From a virus (lineage: Duplodnaviria; Caudoviricetes): 62,162 nucleotides of DNA. The position numbers and the translations under genes were made by a program. This document shows positions 17,721 through 27,434 of this stretch, piece by piece. Position 1 is the stretch's first letter; the number at the start of each line of letters is the position of its first letter. The notes beneath the pieces were generated by a model, which had not been told where the DNA came from, made no database searches, and saw only the letters and a program-made list of their open reading frames with translations. The stretch is from positions 1-62,162 of IMG/VR virus record IMGVR_UViG_3300031576_000512; one strand, written 5' to 3'.

Positions 17721-17821
17721 TGGGCGAAGCCTTGGAAACCCTGCTTGCTCTTTTGCTGTTGCTATTGTTTGCAATCTTCGGCGGCTGTATTTTGCTTGTT
17801 TGTTTGTGGTCTTTCAATTGA
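17720..17821 (+). CDS. 33-aa hydrophobic peptide
   Basis: TGATG coupling; MGEALETLLALLLLLLFAIFGGCILLVCLWSFN. Confidence 0.45.
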   Translation: MGEALETLLALLLLLLFAIFGGCILLVCLWSFN

Positions 17822-17834
17822 AAGGAAAAGATCA

Positions 17835-18614
17835 ATGCGTCGTTGCACGGACATCACTCTTATTCTCGACAAGTCGGATTCGATGCAGAACTGCCATGGT
17901 GCTACCATTGAGATGGTCAACACGTTCATCGAGGACCGACGCAAGGACCCAGAGGATTGCACCTTGAGTTTGGTGCAGTTCAGCACCCACAATTCTTACT
18001 CCGATCCGCTGACCCGCACCTTCGCCGGTCTGCCGGTCAAGGACGCGCCCAGGCTTACCCAACACACCTATCGCCTACATGGTATGACGGCGTTGCTGGA
18101 TGCTGTGGGCATCACCATCAACGACGTCGGCAAGCGTCTCGCTGCACTGGCTGAAGATGATCGGCCTGATCGCGTCCTCATCGTGGTCATGACTGACGGC
18201 CTGGAAAACGACTCGAAGAAGTTCACTCGTGAGCAGATCATCAACATGACCAACCACCAGCGCAATGACTACCGCTGGGAGTTCATGTTCCTCGGTGCGG
18301 ACATGGATAGCTTCACCGCCGAGCAGCAGGCACAGGACCTGGGCATCTTCTCCAACAACTCGCTGAACTACAGGAAGGGCAGCACTAGAGCTGCTGGTCA
18401 GTGCATGACCCAGTCGGTCTCCAACTATGCTGGCCCGTTGGGAGATCAGGGGCCACAAGGTCCACAAGGCCCGGGCATCTTCGCTCTGGATGAGGGCACT
18501 CAGATCGCCTCACAGGGACTGCGACAAGAGGCAGATGATGCCATTAGAGTTGGAGCTGGCACTGGCAAGGCAGTCAACCCCAAGTCGACTGGTCGCAAGC
18601 GTAACAAGAAGTAA
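17835..18614 (+). CDS. von Willebrand factor A domain protein
   Basis: MIDAS: ILDKSDSM, TALLDAVG, MTDGLENDS, FMFLGA. Confidence 0.9.
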   Translation: MRRCTDITLILDKSDSMQNCHGATIEMVNTFIEDRRKDPEDCTLSLVQFSTHNSYSDPLTRTFAGLPVKDAPRLTQHTYRLHGMTALLDAVGITINDVGKRLAALAEDDRPDRVLIVVMTDGLENDSKKFTREQIINMTNHQRNDYRWEFMFLGADMDSFTAEQQAQDLGIFSNNSLNYRKGSTRAAGQCMTQSVSNYAGPLGDQGPQGPQGPGIFALDEGTQIASQGLRQEADDAIRVGAGTGKAVNPKSTGRKRNKK

Positions 18615-18656
18615 CGTCGTCCATCCATCGCAGCCATTTTCCGAAAGGGGCAAGAA

Positions 18657-18932
18657 ATGAATCGTCGTGGTTTCCTGTCGCGTGCATTCTTCGCGACAGT
18701 GGCATTCCTCGGTCTCTCGTCCATCACGGAGGCGTTCCCGTCGAAGATCGATATGCTTCGCTGGGATGGTCCGATGAGCAATCAGCCGGTTGCTATCGGC
18801 TGGTGGGATATGATCCCGGGTGACATCGTCTCACCGAACGGTAAGGACATGTGGCAGATCGAGACCCTGCCTTACTTCAACAAACGTGGTGAGGAGTGCA
18901 TCAAGCTCTCCCACCAATGGACCAGGTCGTGA
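18657..18932 (+). CDS. Hypothetical protein with Tat-like signal
   Basis: MNRRGFLSRAFFATVAFLG. Confidence 0.7.
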   Translation: MNRRGFLSRAFFATVAFLGLSSITEAFPSKIDMLRWDGPMSNQPVAIGWWDMIPGDIVSPNGKDMWQIETLPYFNKRGEECIKLSHQWTRS

Positions 18933-18998
18933 TCTGAACCTTTCGTCGGCCATGGAGCTAACAACTCTGTGGCCGATGATACTCAAAGGGAGGATGAA

Positions 18999-19391
18999 AT
19001 GGGATGGTGGAGAAGCCAGAATGGTGTCATTGGCGATCGGCCTGCAGACATCATGGACGGTGCAATGAAGGCCATCGAGCAGTCCTATCTGCGCGAGGCT
19101 GGGCGCCTGCCTACCCAGGGTGAAATTGCCGACTTGGTGCAGTTCTGCTCGTGTGGCGTCTTTGAGGTTGCCTGTGGTGACCCAAAGTACGACTTCAGCA
19201 AGCAGAATTTGCACCTCGATGACACACCTCGTCGCTGTCGTCGTGGCGCACAAGGCGCCTCTGGGGTGGCTAACCAGCCCAAACCGGGAGAGATGGGCAA
19301 CGTTGATCCCAAGAGCGGCGACCACTATGAAGCTGGTGAGCTCAGGGAGGTCATTGCTCAACAGGTCAAGGAAGCAACTGATGTCGCTTGA
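18999..19391 (+). CDS. Hypothetical protein
   Basis: SD GGGAGG; MGWW start. Confidence 0.7.
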   Translation: MGWWRSQNGVIGDRPADIMDGAMKAIEQSYLREAGRLPTQGEIADLVQFCSCGVFEVACGDPKYDFSKQNLHLDDTPRRCRRGAQGASGVANQPKPGEMGNVDPKSGDHYEAGELREVIAQQVKEATDVA

Positions 19392-19797
19392 CAACAAGTA
19401 TCCGAATCGGAAGGACCAGAGGCGCCCGTACTACAAGAGCAAGAGATTCGATCGGAGTTGTCGCCCAGGTGGCTCCTGTCCATATTGCCGTGGCAATCGT
19501 TTGTGTGGCAGTCATCGACGTGAGGCTGCTGCGAAAGGTCAGATCAGCGAATTTCTTCGAGAGACCAAAGTGATGGTCCATCCTGACCCAGGTCTGATCT
19601 CTCTCAAGGAGCATGATCAGTCGGCTCGCGAGCGTTACCATCGACGCAAAGAGGGCAAGCAACACAATGGGATTGCTTGTCCTCTTTGTGGTAAGGAACT
19701 GGTCGATACTGACCCATTTCTTCAACTGCTGAGTAGCCCACCACACACGAGGGTTGAATGTCTATCTTGCAAGTGGAGCGGCACCCGGGTCGTATAG
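19381..19797 (+). CDS. Basic Zn-binding hypothetical protein
   Basis: SCRPGGSCPYC; CPLC...CLSC; ends in TAG. Confidence 0.65.
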   Translation: MSLDNKYPNRKDQRRPYYKSKRFDRSCRPGGSCPYCRGNRLCGSHRREAAAKGQISEFLRETKVMVHPDPGLISLKEHDQSARERYHRRKEGKQHNGIACPLCGKELVDTDPFLQLLSSPPHTRVECLSCKWSGTRVV

Positions 19798-20021
19798 ACG
19801 AGATCCACCAAGAAATTTGCCGGATACGCAAGCAACTGAAGTTGCTCATCCGATGGACTAAGAAACCACACTCCTTATCACGGATGATCTGGGGCATACC
19901 TGAGTTTGCCATCTTCATGAGGCGAGCTTGGAGTCGTGGACAATGGTGTATCATCGACAGCAAGAAGTCACGCATCGGTGTCTTATCGTTTGCCTGGTTC
20001 GCTGTAACGATTCGACTTTGA
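19758..20021 (+). CDS. Hypothetical protein
   Basis: ORF track; fills gap. Confidence 0.4.
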   Translation: MSILQVERHPGRIDEIHQEICRIRKQLKLLIRWTKKPHSLSRMIWGIPEFAIFMRRAWSRGQWCIIDSKKSRIGVLSFAWFAVTIRL

Positions 20022-20113
20022 GGTTGTCATCACATGGATCGTACACGGCTACAATTTTGAAGAAACCAGATTCGCACTGGACACTCTGGCTACATCGGTG
20101 AGGAGAAGCAACA

Positions 20114-20683
20114 ATGTTGTCATGGAAGGACATTCCCGGTTGGACGCTTGGCATCGAGCAGCTCTACCCAGCTGTCGTTCGATATTTTGACGATGGTGCT
20201 GTCTTTGTTGAAATCGGCAGTTGGGTTGGCAGATCAGCTGCCCTCATGGGACAGCTCATCAAAGAATCGAAGAAGCAGATCAGGTTCTACACGATTGACC
20301 ACGGGGTGGGCTCACCTGAAGAACCCAAACTGGAATCGATGGTACAGGCAGTAGGCGGTAGCACTACGCAGTTGTTGACTCAGAATTTGCAGCGCTGTCA
20401 GGTGCATGACGTTGTAACACAGTTGACGATGACAGGTGCCGAAGCTGCCAAGCTCTTCAGCGACAACTCTGTTGACTTCGTTTTCATTGACGGCGACCAT
20501 GCTACTCCTGCTGTCATGCTTGATATTGAGACCTGGTGGCCGAAGGTCAAAAGTGATGGATACCTGTCTGGTCATGACTACAGTCGCGCATCCGTGAAAA
20601 ATGCAGTTGACCAGTTCTTTGCGAAGCTCAAGATTGTAATTCATGAGCCACAGCCGCACTGTTGGTCGGCAAAGAAACCATGA
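20114..20683 (+). CDS. Class I SAM-dependent methyltransferase (Methyltransf_24-like)
   Basis: FVEIGSWVGRS, DFVFIDGDH, GHDY. Confidence 0.9.
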   Translation: MLSWKDIPGWTLGIEQLYPAVVRYFDDGAVFVEIGSWVGRSAALMGQLIKESKKQIRFYTIDHGVGSPEEPKLESMVQAVGGSTTQLLTQNLQRCQVHDVVTQLTMTGAEAAKLFSDNSVDFVFIDGDHATPAVMLDIETWWPKVKSDGYLSGHDYSRASVKNAVDQFFAKLKIVIHEPQPHCWSAKKP

Positions 20684-20693
20684 GGGTCCCGAT

Positions 20694-21161
20694 ATGACTG
20701 GTCTTGAATTGATTCTCGGTCATCTTATTGGTGACTACATCGTCCAAAACGATTGGATGGCCACTAACAAGGTGAACCGATGGTCTGGTGAATGCCCAGA
20801 CATAAAGTCAGAACTGGTGCAAAACGCTTCATCCCACGGGTACGATTTGATTCGAGAATGGACACAACGTCGGGAGGCATTCTATATTGGTCATCTGGCT
20901 TGCACCGTTCATTGCCTGCTCTATACCTTAGCAGTTGCCGCATTCACCTTCTGGTGGATGCCTTGGTGGGGCTACCTGGCCTGTTTCTTTATCCATTGGC
21001 CTATCGACCGCTTCCGGTTGGCTCGGGAATGGATGGTGCGCATCAGCGGTCAGGAGAAGTTTGCCACTGGTCCTTTGTCACCGTGGTCGATCATCATCGT
21101 TGACAACATCTGGCATTTACTCACCCTCTACGCCATCGCTCGACTTGGAGGAGCACTTTGA
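20694..21161 (+). CDS. DUF3307-like membrane protein
   Basis: HLIGDYIVQNDWMA, HCLLY, HWPIDR, DNIWH. Confidence 0.8.
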   Translation: MTGLELILGHLIGDYIVQNDWMATNKVNRWSGECPDIKSELVQNASSHGYDLIREWTQRREAFYIGHLACTVHCLLYTLAVAAFTFWWMPWWGYLACFFIHWPIDRFRLAREWMVRISGQEKFATGPLSPWSIIIVDNIWHLLTLYAIARLGGAL

Positions 21162-21239
21162 ACTGGAGCACATACGACACGGTTGTTGCAGTAGTGATTG
21201 TTGTTCTAACCCTGATTTTCTGCCGACAGGAACAGCATA

Positions 21240-21902
21240 ATGAGCGTAGTGAAAACCAAAAAGAGGACCCGGACTGGTCCATCTAAATCAAAGCCAAAAA
21301 GGGGGTCACCCTTGTCTGGCGAACGGAAACTGGTCAACAATGCTTTGATCAATCATCTACGTGGCTCGCCCGGTGAAAAAATGCTCGCCTTGGAGGCTAT
21401 TACCGATTTCATTAACTTGAGAGCACGAGAAGATGGCTATCATCTGCCACTGAAAAATTGTCCGGTGGCACAAGACGAGAAAGTCGTTGCTACGGTTGCT
21501 GGCATCCCATTATACGAGTGTGATTTTCGTACAGATGCCGATATGCGTGAGACGGTTTTCCGTCGAGTGAGGTTGTATGGTGAGAAGTTGAGCCCTGCTG
21601 TCACGGCTCTCAGGTATCCGGGAACCATCACAGATGGTGACTACAAAGCCATTACGCAGTTCATGGTCGATCACCTCAATGCGATGCTGAAGTTGGACCC
21701 AAAGGCCATCACAGCTTTCATGGATGCTCTCTTCCCGTGCAACATCAAGTTGAGCGAAGAAGTCGTCCTCGGTACTCGGAAAGACGCCTTCACATCTCTT
21801 GGCCTCATCAACGGTTTGATTGGTCATGGCCGCTGGCGTGTCGTTGCTGTGTGTGATGACACTAGCAAATCGATCATCAAGTTTGATCTCGGAAAGGTTT
21901 GA
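21240..21902 (+). CDS. Hypothetical protein
   Basis: ORF track; start uncertain. Confidence 0.7.
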   Translation: MSVVKTKKRTRTGPSKSKPKRGSPLSGERKLVNNALINHLRGSPGEKMLALEAITDFINLRAREDGYHLPLKNCPVAQDEKVVATVAGIPLYECDFRTDADMRETVFRRVRLYGEKLSPAVTALRYPGTITDGDYKAITQFMVDHLNAMLKLDPKAITAFMDALFPCNIKLSEEVVLGTRKDAFTSLGLINGLIGHGRWRVVAVCDDTSKSIIKFDLGKV

Positions 21903-21904
21903 CC

Positions 21905-22087
21905 GTGACACGGATAATCAAAAAGAAGCGTAACCGAACTGGTGATCACCTTCGTGCGCTTGGCTTCGACAAATCCTACAAATCTGATAGCGGTAGCTAT
22001 CGTGTTGTCTGCAGCCAATGCGCAGCTTTGGTGATCAACGGTGTGGCGTGTCATGAGACCGGCTGCCCGAACCAAAGAAAGGGTTGA
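21905..22087 (+). CDS. Small Zn-binding phage protein
   Basis: CSQCAALVINGVACHETGCPN. Confidence 0.7.
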   Translation: MTRIIKKKRNRTGDHLRALGFDKSYKSDSGSYRVVCSQCAALVINGVACHETGCPNQRKG

Positions 22088-22093
22088 TGACGC

Positions 22094-22690
22094 ATGACGA
22101 CAAGGCGTTACCCTATCGTTTTGTCAGCATCAGAGCTTGCCTGGGCACAGAGGGTCGGTCTTCTGAGAAGTGAAGGTGCCAAGAAGGATGGCAAGAACGA
22201 GGCACATGGCCACTCAGCTGATTTTGATCTGGCTGATCACATCCTTGGCTGCTGTGGCGAACTTGCTTGGTGTAAGTTCCTCGGCGTCCTCTGGGCAGCA
22301 TTAGTTGGCACCTACCATGAGTGTGCCGACATCATTGATTGCTTACACATACGGACGGGTTCTCATCTGAACGATCCACTGATTCATCGACCGTGTGATA
22401 AACAAGGCGACTACTGGGGATTGGCAGTTGGCTGTGGAAGAGTGTTTTTCATTTGTGGTTATGCTCTTGGCTACGAGGTCAGGGCACTTGGCACATGGAC
22501 CAACTTCAATAAGCCCGATCGTCCTCTGGTATGTGCAGTTGAACAAGAGCTCCTCTATGATGCTGCAGAACTGAAAGCATATCCTCTGTGGCTGCTACCT
22601 ATACCGCCTTGCATTGAATGCAAGGAGCTGGATGATGGTCCCAATGCACCATTTCAGACCAAAGTAGCCTCAGTGCTTGTTAGTAGCTGA
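22094..22690 (+). CDS. Hypothetical protein, possible PD-(D/E)XK-fold nuclease relative
   Basis: GCCGELAWCKFLG...DII...IRT pattern. Confidence 0.5.
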   Translation: MTTRRYPIVLSASELAWAQRVGLLRSEGAKKDGKNEAHGHSADFDLADHILGCCGELAWCKFLGVLWAALVGTYHECADIIDCLHIRTGSHLNDPLIHRPCDKQGDYWGLAVGCGRVFFICGYALGYEVRALGTWTNFNKPDRPLVCAVEQELLYDAAELKAYPLWLLPIPPCIECKELDDGPNAPFQTKVASVLVSS

Positions 22691-22700
22691 AGGAGAAAAC

Positions 22701-22922
22701 ATGCGTAGCTTCATTCTGTTGCTGCTTTTCGTCTTCCCATGGCTACTGGTCATCGGATTGGCTGCAGCAGCTGTGTACGTTGGCATCAATGCCCCACACA
22801 ATAAAGACTTGCTCCTCATGTGCGCAGTTGGAGCTGGACTCTCTGCCACCTTCCTGGCGTTACCAACCACGTTCATGGTGCTTGCTGCTACTGAGGATGG
22901 TGACAAAAAGGACAAGAAATGA
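22701..22922 (+). CDS. Two-TM membrane protein
   Basis: SD AAGGAG; two hydrophobic helices. Confidence 0.7.
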   Translation: MRSFILLLLFVFPWLLVIGLAAAAVYVGINAPHNKDLLLMCAVGAGLSATFLALPTTFMVLAATEDGDKKDKK

Positions 22923-23443
22923 ACAAGCGTATCTGCTTCTTCGGCGGACCCAGTTCAGGTAAATCCACCATGGCTGCCAAAGTCTTTGCCGAGCTCAAGG
23001 CTCAGCAGCGACCGTTCGAGCTCGTCGACGAAGCAATCAAACGAATGGCCTGGCAGAACATTCCACCACAGGGTTGGGATGGTGTTTGGCTGTTCGGCAA
23101 ACAGATCCACCATGAAGATGTTGTGCTCCGCTCTGGCGGCTGCGTCGTTACTGGTGGACCACCTTTGCAGCAGATCGTCTACATGAGGTTCCGCAGCGAG
23201 CCGTACTGGCGCGATCTGCTAGAGGTCGCACGGAAATTCGAGTGGGAGTATCCAGCAGTCAACATCCTGCTGAAGCGAGCAGTTCCCTATCAGACAGCTG
23301 GTCGTTATGAGGCCACCGAAGATCAAGCTGTCAAAATCGACATTGACACTGTCGATCTGTTGAAAGTGGCCGGCGCAACACATGTTGAGTTCGCTCCACA
23401 ACAGTTTGATGAAATCATGAATCACATTGCCAAGTTCATTTGA
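22919..23443 (+). CDS. NadR/AAA_28-like P-loop NTPase
   Basis: GGPSSGKST; YQTAGRYE. Confidence 0.8.
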   Translation: MNKRICFFGGPSSGKSTMAAKVFAELKAQQRPFELVDEAIKRMAWQNIPPQGWDGVWLFGKQIHHEDVVLRSGGCVVTGGPPLQQIVYMRFRSEPYWRDLLEVARKFEWEYPAVNILLKRAVPYQTAGRYEATEDQAVKIDIDTVDLLKVAGATHVEFAPQQFDEIMNHIAKFI

Positions 23444-23453
23444 GGAGACAAAA

Positions 23454-24059
23454 ATGCACAGTCTTGAGTCTCATCTGGCTGCAGTACAGGAGTGGTGGGA
23501 TGCTTTTTACAATGGTTGGCTCAGCTTCCTGCCCGAGCATCATCGGCCTGTGGCCTTGGTCCTGACAGCTATGCTGTTGATCCTGGGTATCACCGTGCTG
23601 TACTATCGGCATCGACTTGCCAAAACTTTCAAGGGTCATCAACATCTCAATCGTAAGCTCGACGAGCTGCAGAGGGACGTCTATAGGGCAAACGACAAGG
23701 CACTCAACAAGACTGATCCGCACGTCGCCGAAATGCGGCAGCTGTTCACTACACTTCTTCAGTCCATGGAGAAGTCTAGCGCTACGACTGCCAATTCTAT
23801 TGCCAATCAAGCCAAAAACAGCAATGATGCTCTCAGCGCTGCGTGCAAGGAAGCGATCAATAAGATCGATTCCTCACTGACTAAGGCGATGGAGAGAATC
23901 GAGAAGACCCAAGATGCTGGCAACAAGGTTCTGACCGAAACCATTCGTCAATTCGTCGATCTTGCCAAATCTCAGCACACGGCATCCATGCAGGCTGTTC
24001 GCGAGGCCGTCCAACTGAATGATGATGACGATGATGATGCTGACGAGGACGAGGAATAA
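23454..24059 (+). CDS. TM plus coiled-coil protein with acidic tail
   Basis: SD GAGGAG; TM helix, heptads, poly-D. Confidence 0.75.
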   Translation: MHSLESHLAAVQEWWDAFYNGWLSFLPEHHRPVALVLTAMLLILGITVLYYRHRLAKTFKGHQHLNRKLDELQRDVYRANDKALNKTDPHVAEMRQLFTTLLQSMEKSSATTANSIANQAKNSNDALSAACKEAINKIDSSLTKAMERIEKTQDAGNKVLTETIRQFVDLAKSQHTASMQAVREAVQLNDDDDDDADEDEE

Positions 24060-24062
24060 TCC

Positions 24063-24431
24063 ATGAAAGCAAAGTGTCCACACTGCCAATCTGGCTGCGA
24101 CAAGTGCGTGAATGGCTACATCAAGGCCGGTTTTGCCACCGGAAATATCTACACCCGTCGCTGCAACGCCTGTGGCGAAGACAACGGCGGGAGGATCGAT
24201 TGCTTCCCAGACATCCCAGTAGAGAAGTGGGAGACACCTGGCACATGCGTCTGGTGCAAGAGCCCGGATGTCATCTGGTTGCTGATCGGTGCATCCAGAC
24301 CACATATCCCAACCTCGTGTGAAGTCTGTGCCACTGAGGTGGCCGATCCAGTAGAAGCTAAATACACCTGCTCTGTTTGTGGTGAGAGGCTTTGCTCTGG
24401 GCATGCTGATCACCACGCAGCGTGTGTCTGA
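24063..24431 (+). CDS. Multi-CxxC Zn-finger protein
   Basis: Six CxxC pairs plus CxxH. Confidence 0.7.
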   Translation: MKAKCPHCQSGCDKCVNGYIKAGFATGNIYTRRCNACGEDNGGRIDCFPDIPVEKWETPGTCVWCKSPDVIWLLIGASRPHIPTSCEVCATEVADPVEAKYTCSVCGERLCSGHADHHAACV

Positions 24432-24462
24432 TCCTTTATCCAGTCCTTGAAAGGACCACGTT

Positions 24463-24882
24463 ATGTTCACTCCAGAGTTCCAAAAAGTTCCGCTCACTGA
24501 CCGTCCTGCCTGTGTTGAGCAGGAGCGGCAGCGTCGTGTAGAAGCCGATCCGGAAGCCTATGTGGCTGTTCCGGTACTCGTGCCCAAGATGAGCACTATG
24601 GTCGAAGGCGCTGTTGCCGACTATGAGCTCTTCTGGTTGGTCGGACTGCCCGGCCCAGTCGATCATCCTCGATTTCCCGGCAAGAAGGCACGGGAAGCCA
24701 TCAACTTCCAGTGTTCGCGTGAGGAAACAGCCGAAGACTTGGTATACGTCCTCAACAATGGTCGCTTGATGCGCGAAATCAGCGATAATGCAAGGAAGTC
24801 GATGGCAGAAGAGCTCGACGGAAAGACTACCACACAGACAGAGACTGAAAGAACGCCAGAAGACGTGCTGACTTCTGGCTAA
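24463..24882 (+). CDS. Hypothetical protein
   Basis: SD AAAGGA; ORF track. Confidence 0.7.
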   Translation: MFTPEFQKVPLTDRPACVEQERQRRVEADPEAYVAVPVLVPKMSTMVEGAVADYELFWLVGLPGPVDHPRFPGKKAREAINFQCSREETAEDLVYVLNNGRLMREISDNARKSMAEELDGKTTTQTETERTPEDVLTSG

Positions 24883-24895
24883 ACGGAGAACGATC

Positions 24896-25102
24896 ATGGG
24901 GATAGAGAAGCGTGGTTCTACCGGTGAAAGTGACATCCGGAAGTTGGTCAAGCAGGCCAACGATGAGGAGAAAGTCCTCATCATCAACCTGGATGGGTTC
25001 GTCAAATTCGCCAACGGTAAAAACAAGCCCGCCATTGCGATCGTTGCCACCGGTGATCGCGCTCTCCTTCTTCGTGAGTTCATTGACAAGATTTCTGACT
25101 GA
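24896..25102 (+). CDS. Hypothetical protein
   Basis: SD GGAG; ORF track. Confidence 0.6.
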   Translation: MGIEKRGSTGESDIRKLVKQANDEEKVLIINLDGFVKFANGKNKPAIAIVATGDRALLLREFIDKISD

Positions 25103-25113
25103 AGAGGTGCATC

Positions 25114-25731
25114 ATGCCTACCACAGGCCAAGAAGCCGACAAGATCATAGAGCTGTGCAGCAAGCATGGCATGCAGCCGAAGCAACTCTTACATTTGGCT
25201 AGGGACTTGCACGAGCAAGTTGGCAAGGACAGTGACAACTGGTCTGTCCGAGAAACGATGCGGATGATCTACGATCGAGCTCTCGATGAGGCAATCAAGT
25301 GGCGTCCGGCTGATATGACTGTCGACGACTTCTTGCTGCACATTGGTATGAGCCGACCAACTGGCCCAGAGGTGTCGTCAAAGGAACCAGTCAATGAGGC
25401 ATGGGCAATCAACCTCGGGCAGAACGTTTGGATGGTGCTGTGGTATTGCATCGTCATTGGTCACGTCTCTGTCTGGTTTGCCCTGTTGTTAGCTTGTGTG
25501 CTGACCACGGTTCATCAACCTTGGTATCTGGCAACGCCCACCGTTAGTTTTTGTCTCTACCTTCTCTTCACTGATACACAGTGCCCGATCACTCGCTGGG
25601 AGAATGCAGTGCGCCGGCGACTCGGCTGGGATGAGGTTGGCCACTTCACTCACTGGTATGTTATCTGTCCACTGTTTCACGGTCGGACATGCAACCGCAA
25701 ATGCTCGGCTCTGCGAGTCGGACCGGGGTAA
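25114..25731 (+). CDS. Membrane protein with DUF2784-like C-terminus
   Basis: TM helices then CPITRWENAVRRRLG...GHFTHWY. Confidence 0.7.
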   Translation: MPTTGQEADKIIELCSKHGMQPKQLLHLARDLHEQVGKDSDNWSVRETMRMIYDRALDEAIKWRPADMTVDDFLLHIGMSRPTGPEVSSKEPVNEAWAINLGQNVWMVLWYCIVIGHVSVWFALLLACVLTTVHQPWYLATPTVSFCLYLLFTDTQCPITRWENAVRRRLGWDEVGHFTHWYVICPLFHGRTCNRKCSALRVGPG

Positions 25732-25743
25732 GGAGCGTAGCCC

Positions 25744-26115
25744 ATGGCCGGTAAAATCAAGATCGGTTTGAACATCAAGTGTGAAGATGGATTGTCTTGC
25801 GCCAGCTTCGACAAACCCATCTCCGCTTTCGACCAGGTCAATAGAGGCCATGACGACAACAACTGGGATGTCGCAACTGCACTGACGAACTTTGTCCCGG
25901 TCAATGTGCCAAATCCCGGCTACACCGTCTTCCAGAACACCGATCTAGTGAATCCGGTCGAAATTGGCTACAACGATGGTGGCACGCTGCGAGGCATGAT
26001 CACCCTGGAGCCCAAGGGTGGTCTTGCCCTCTTCAAGCGTAAGTCTGGACGAACCATCGCAGGCATTGCCTCTATTGCTACTGTGAGAGTTCGTTACTAC
26101 ACCTTGGAGACCTAA
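25744..26115 (+). CDS. Hypothetical beta-rich protein
   Basis: SD AAGGAG; ORF track. Confidence 0.7.
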   Translation: MAGKIKIGLNIKCEDGLSCASFDKPISAFDQVNRGHDDNNWDVATALTNFVPVNVPNPGYTVFQNTDLVNPVEIGYNDGGTLRGMITLEPKGGLALFKRKSGRTIAGIASIATVRVRYYTLET

Positions 26116-26116
26116 G

Positions 26117-26419
26117 ATGGAGAGTAAGATGAAAGACAAACTATGTACTCGCTGCCAAGAGCGCGAGGGCATTCATGAGATCAAGGTCGGCCAGCTTGGC
26201 AAAACCGAGCTTGCTCCTTCGTTGTGGTATTGCGATCCCTGTTGGAAGTACCTGCAACAGAAAGCCGTAGAAAATTCTCCGTGGCATGGCCATGGCTGTG
26301 GCTGCCACACGGCGGTTACTGTACACGTTCCGCCTCAACCGCTCGACATCCCGGCGTCTCCTCCACAACCGAAATTCACCGGCGACAGGCCGCTTCCCGA
26401 GATTTACTCACGCAAGTAA
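26117..26419 (+). CDS. Hypothetical Zn-binding protein
   Basis: CTRC...CDPC. Confidence 0.6.
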   Translation: MESKMKDKLCTRCQEREGIHEIKVGQLGKTELAPSLWYCDPCWKYLQQKAVENSPWHGHGCGCHTAVTVHVPPQPLDIPASPPQPKFTGDRPLPEIYSRK

Positions 26420-26429
26420 TTTTTTACTG
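26414..26429. promoter_or_regulatory. AGTA-N6-TACT palindrome
   Basis: AAGTA-ATTTTT-TACTG adjacent to SD of ORF 26441. Confidence 0.65.
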
Positions 26430-26440
26430 GAGAGCAACTC

Positions 26441-27430
26441 ATGTGGACATGCTCCGAGTGTCGATCATCGTTCGATCCAACGATCAAGAAGTATCACTTC
26501 AATCTTTGCCATACCTGCTACTTCAATCCAACTATCGCCAAACTCTACCGCTCCGGCAAGAAGCAACCACTGATTGATGAGCCAGCGTTGATTGGCCCGG
26601 GCTGTGACCCAGACATCATCGATCCCAATTCGCTGCTCGAAGACACCTTTCAGTTCAAGATACAGGAGACAGGCCGGTGGAGCTCAGCTAACCCACCAGT
26701 AGCCAACCTCCCTCTTCGAGCACGAGCTGAACTGTGTAAGTTGAGTGACCTGTCTGGCGACTCGATGATCGAGTCAGGTCGTGCCATCAACCTTCTAACT
26801 ATCGCCGTGCAATCTTGGAACAGCCCAGCAGAATTTGCCAAGTTCGTGGCGGATACAGAAGGCTCGTATGTGATCCGTCGTCTCGTCAACGATTTGAAGC
26901 TGATCTATCACATCAACGGCAGCTTGGTTTACGTTAGCATTGGTCCAGGTGTGATGCGCTTCTTGCATTGCGCAAGGTGTGAAGTTGGCTGGCCAATCAG
27001 TCGTATCTGGGAAGACAAGGCTTTCGACGCTCACTGGAGCAACTTCGAGTTCGTTGGCACTTGCCGTGAGTGCAAGCATTATGGCACCCTGCTTCGCCAT
27101 GATCATCCTGCTTGGGACAAGTTCAAGGTGACCACCTTCAAGAACGAAGAGATCGTGACCACCGTTGACAACTTCACCCTGGAATGTCAGCTTGTCTGGG
27201 AGCTACCTGAAGCTCTTCGCATGAACATCTATGGTGGCGAAAAAGAAGAGATCTACAACTTGCCATGGGAGATCATCCGAGCTGCTCAATCCGGGAAGCT
27301 CTGCTTTGATCGTGGTCGTGTTCATCGCGTCAAGGATGTTGTGGCTGCTCTCCAAGGCAGCTACAGTGCTCACATTAGTCCGATGAGTGATGCCCAACTC
27401 AATTCCTTGCTGAACGCCAATTTCGAGTAG
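26441..27430 (+). CDS. Hypothetical protein with CxxC motifs
   Basis: ORF track; SD GGAG; ends in TAG. Confidence 0.75.
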   Translation: MWTCSECRSSFDPTIKKYHFNLCHTCYFNPTIAKLYRSGKKQPLIDEPALIGPGCDPDIIDPNSLLEDTFQFKIQETGRWSSANPPVANLPLRARAELCKLSDLSGDSMIESGRAINLLTIAVQSWNSPAEFAKFVADTEGSYVIRRLVNDLKLIYHINGSLVYVSIGPGVMRFLHCARCEVGWPISRIWEDKAFDAHWSNFEFVGTCRECKHYGTLLRHDHPAWDKFKVTTFKNEEIVTTVDNFTLECQLVWELPEALRMNIYGGEKEEIYNLPWEIIRAAQSGKLCFDRGRVHRVKDVVAALQGSYSAHISPMSDAQLNSLLNANFE

Positions 27431-27434
27431 AATG

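Noticed and set aside
7130-18475. GPQGPQGP collagen-like repeats in ORFs 6924 and 17835
   Set aside because: Only three or four triplets, too short for a collagen domain
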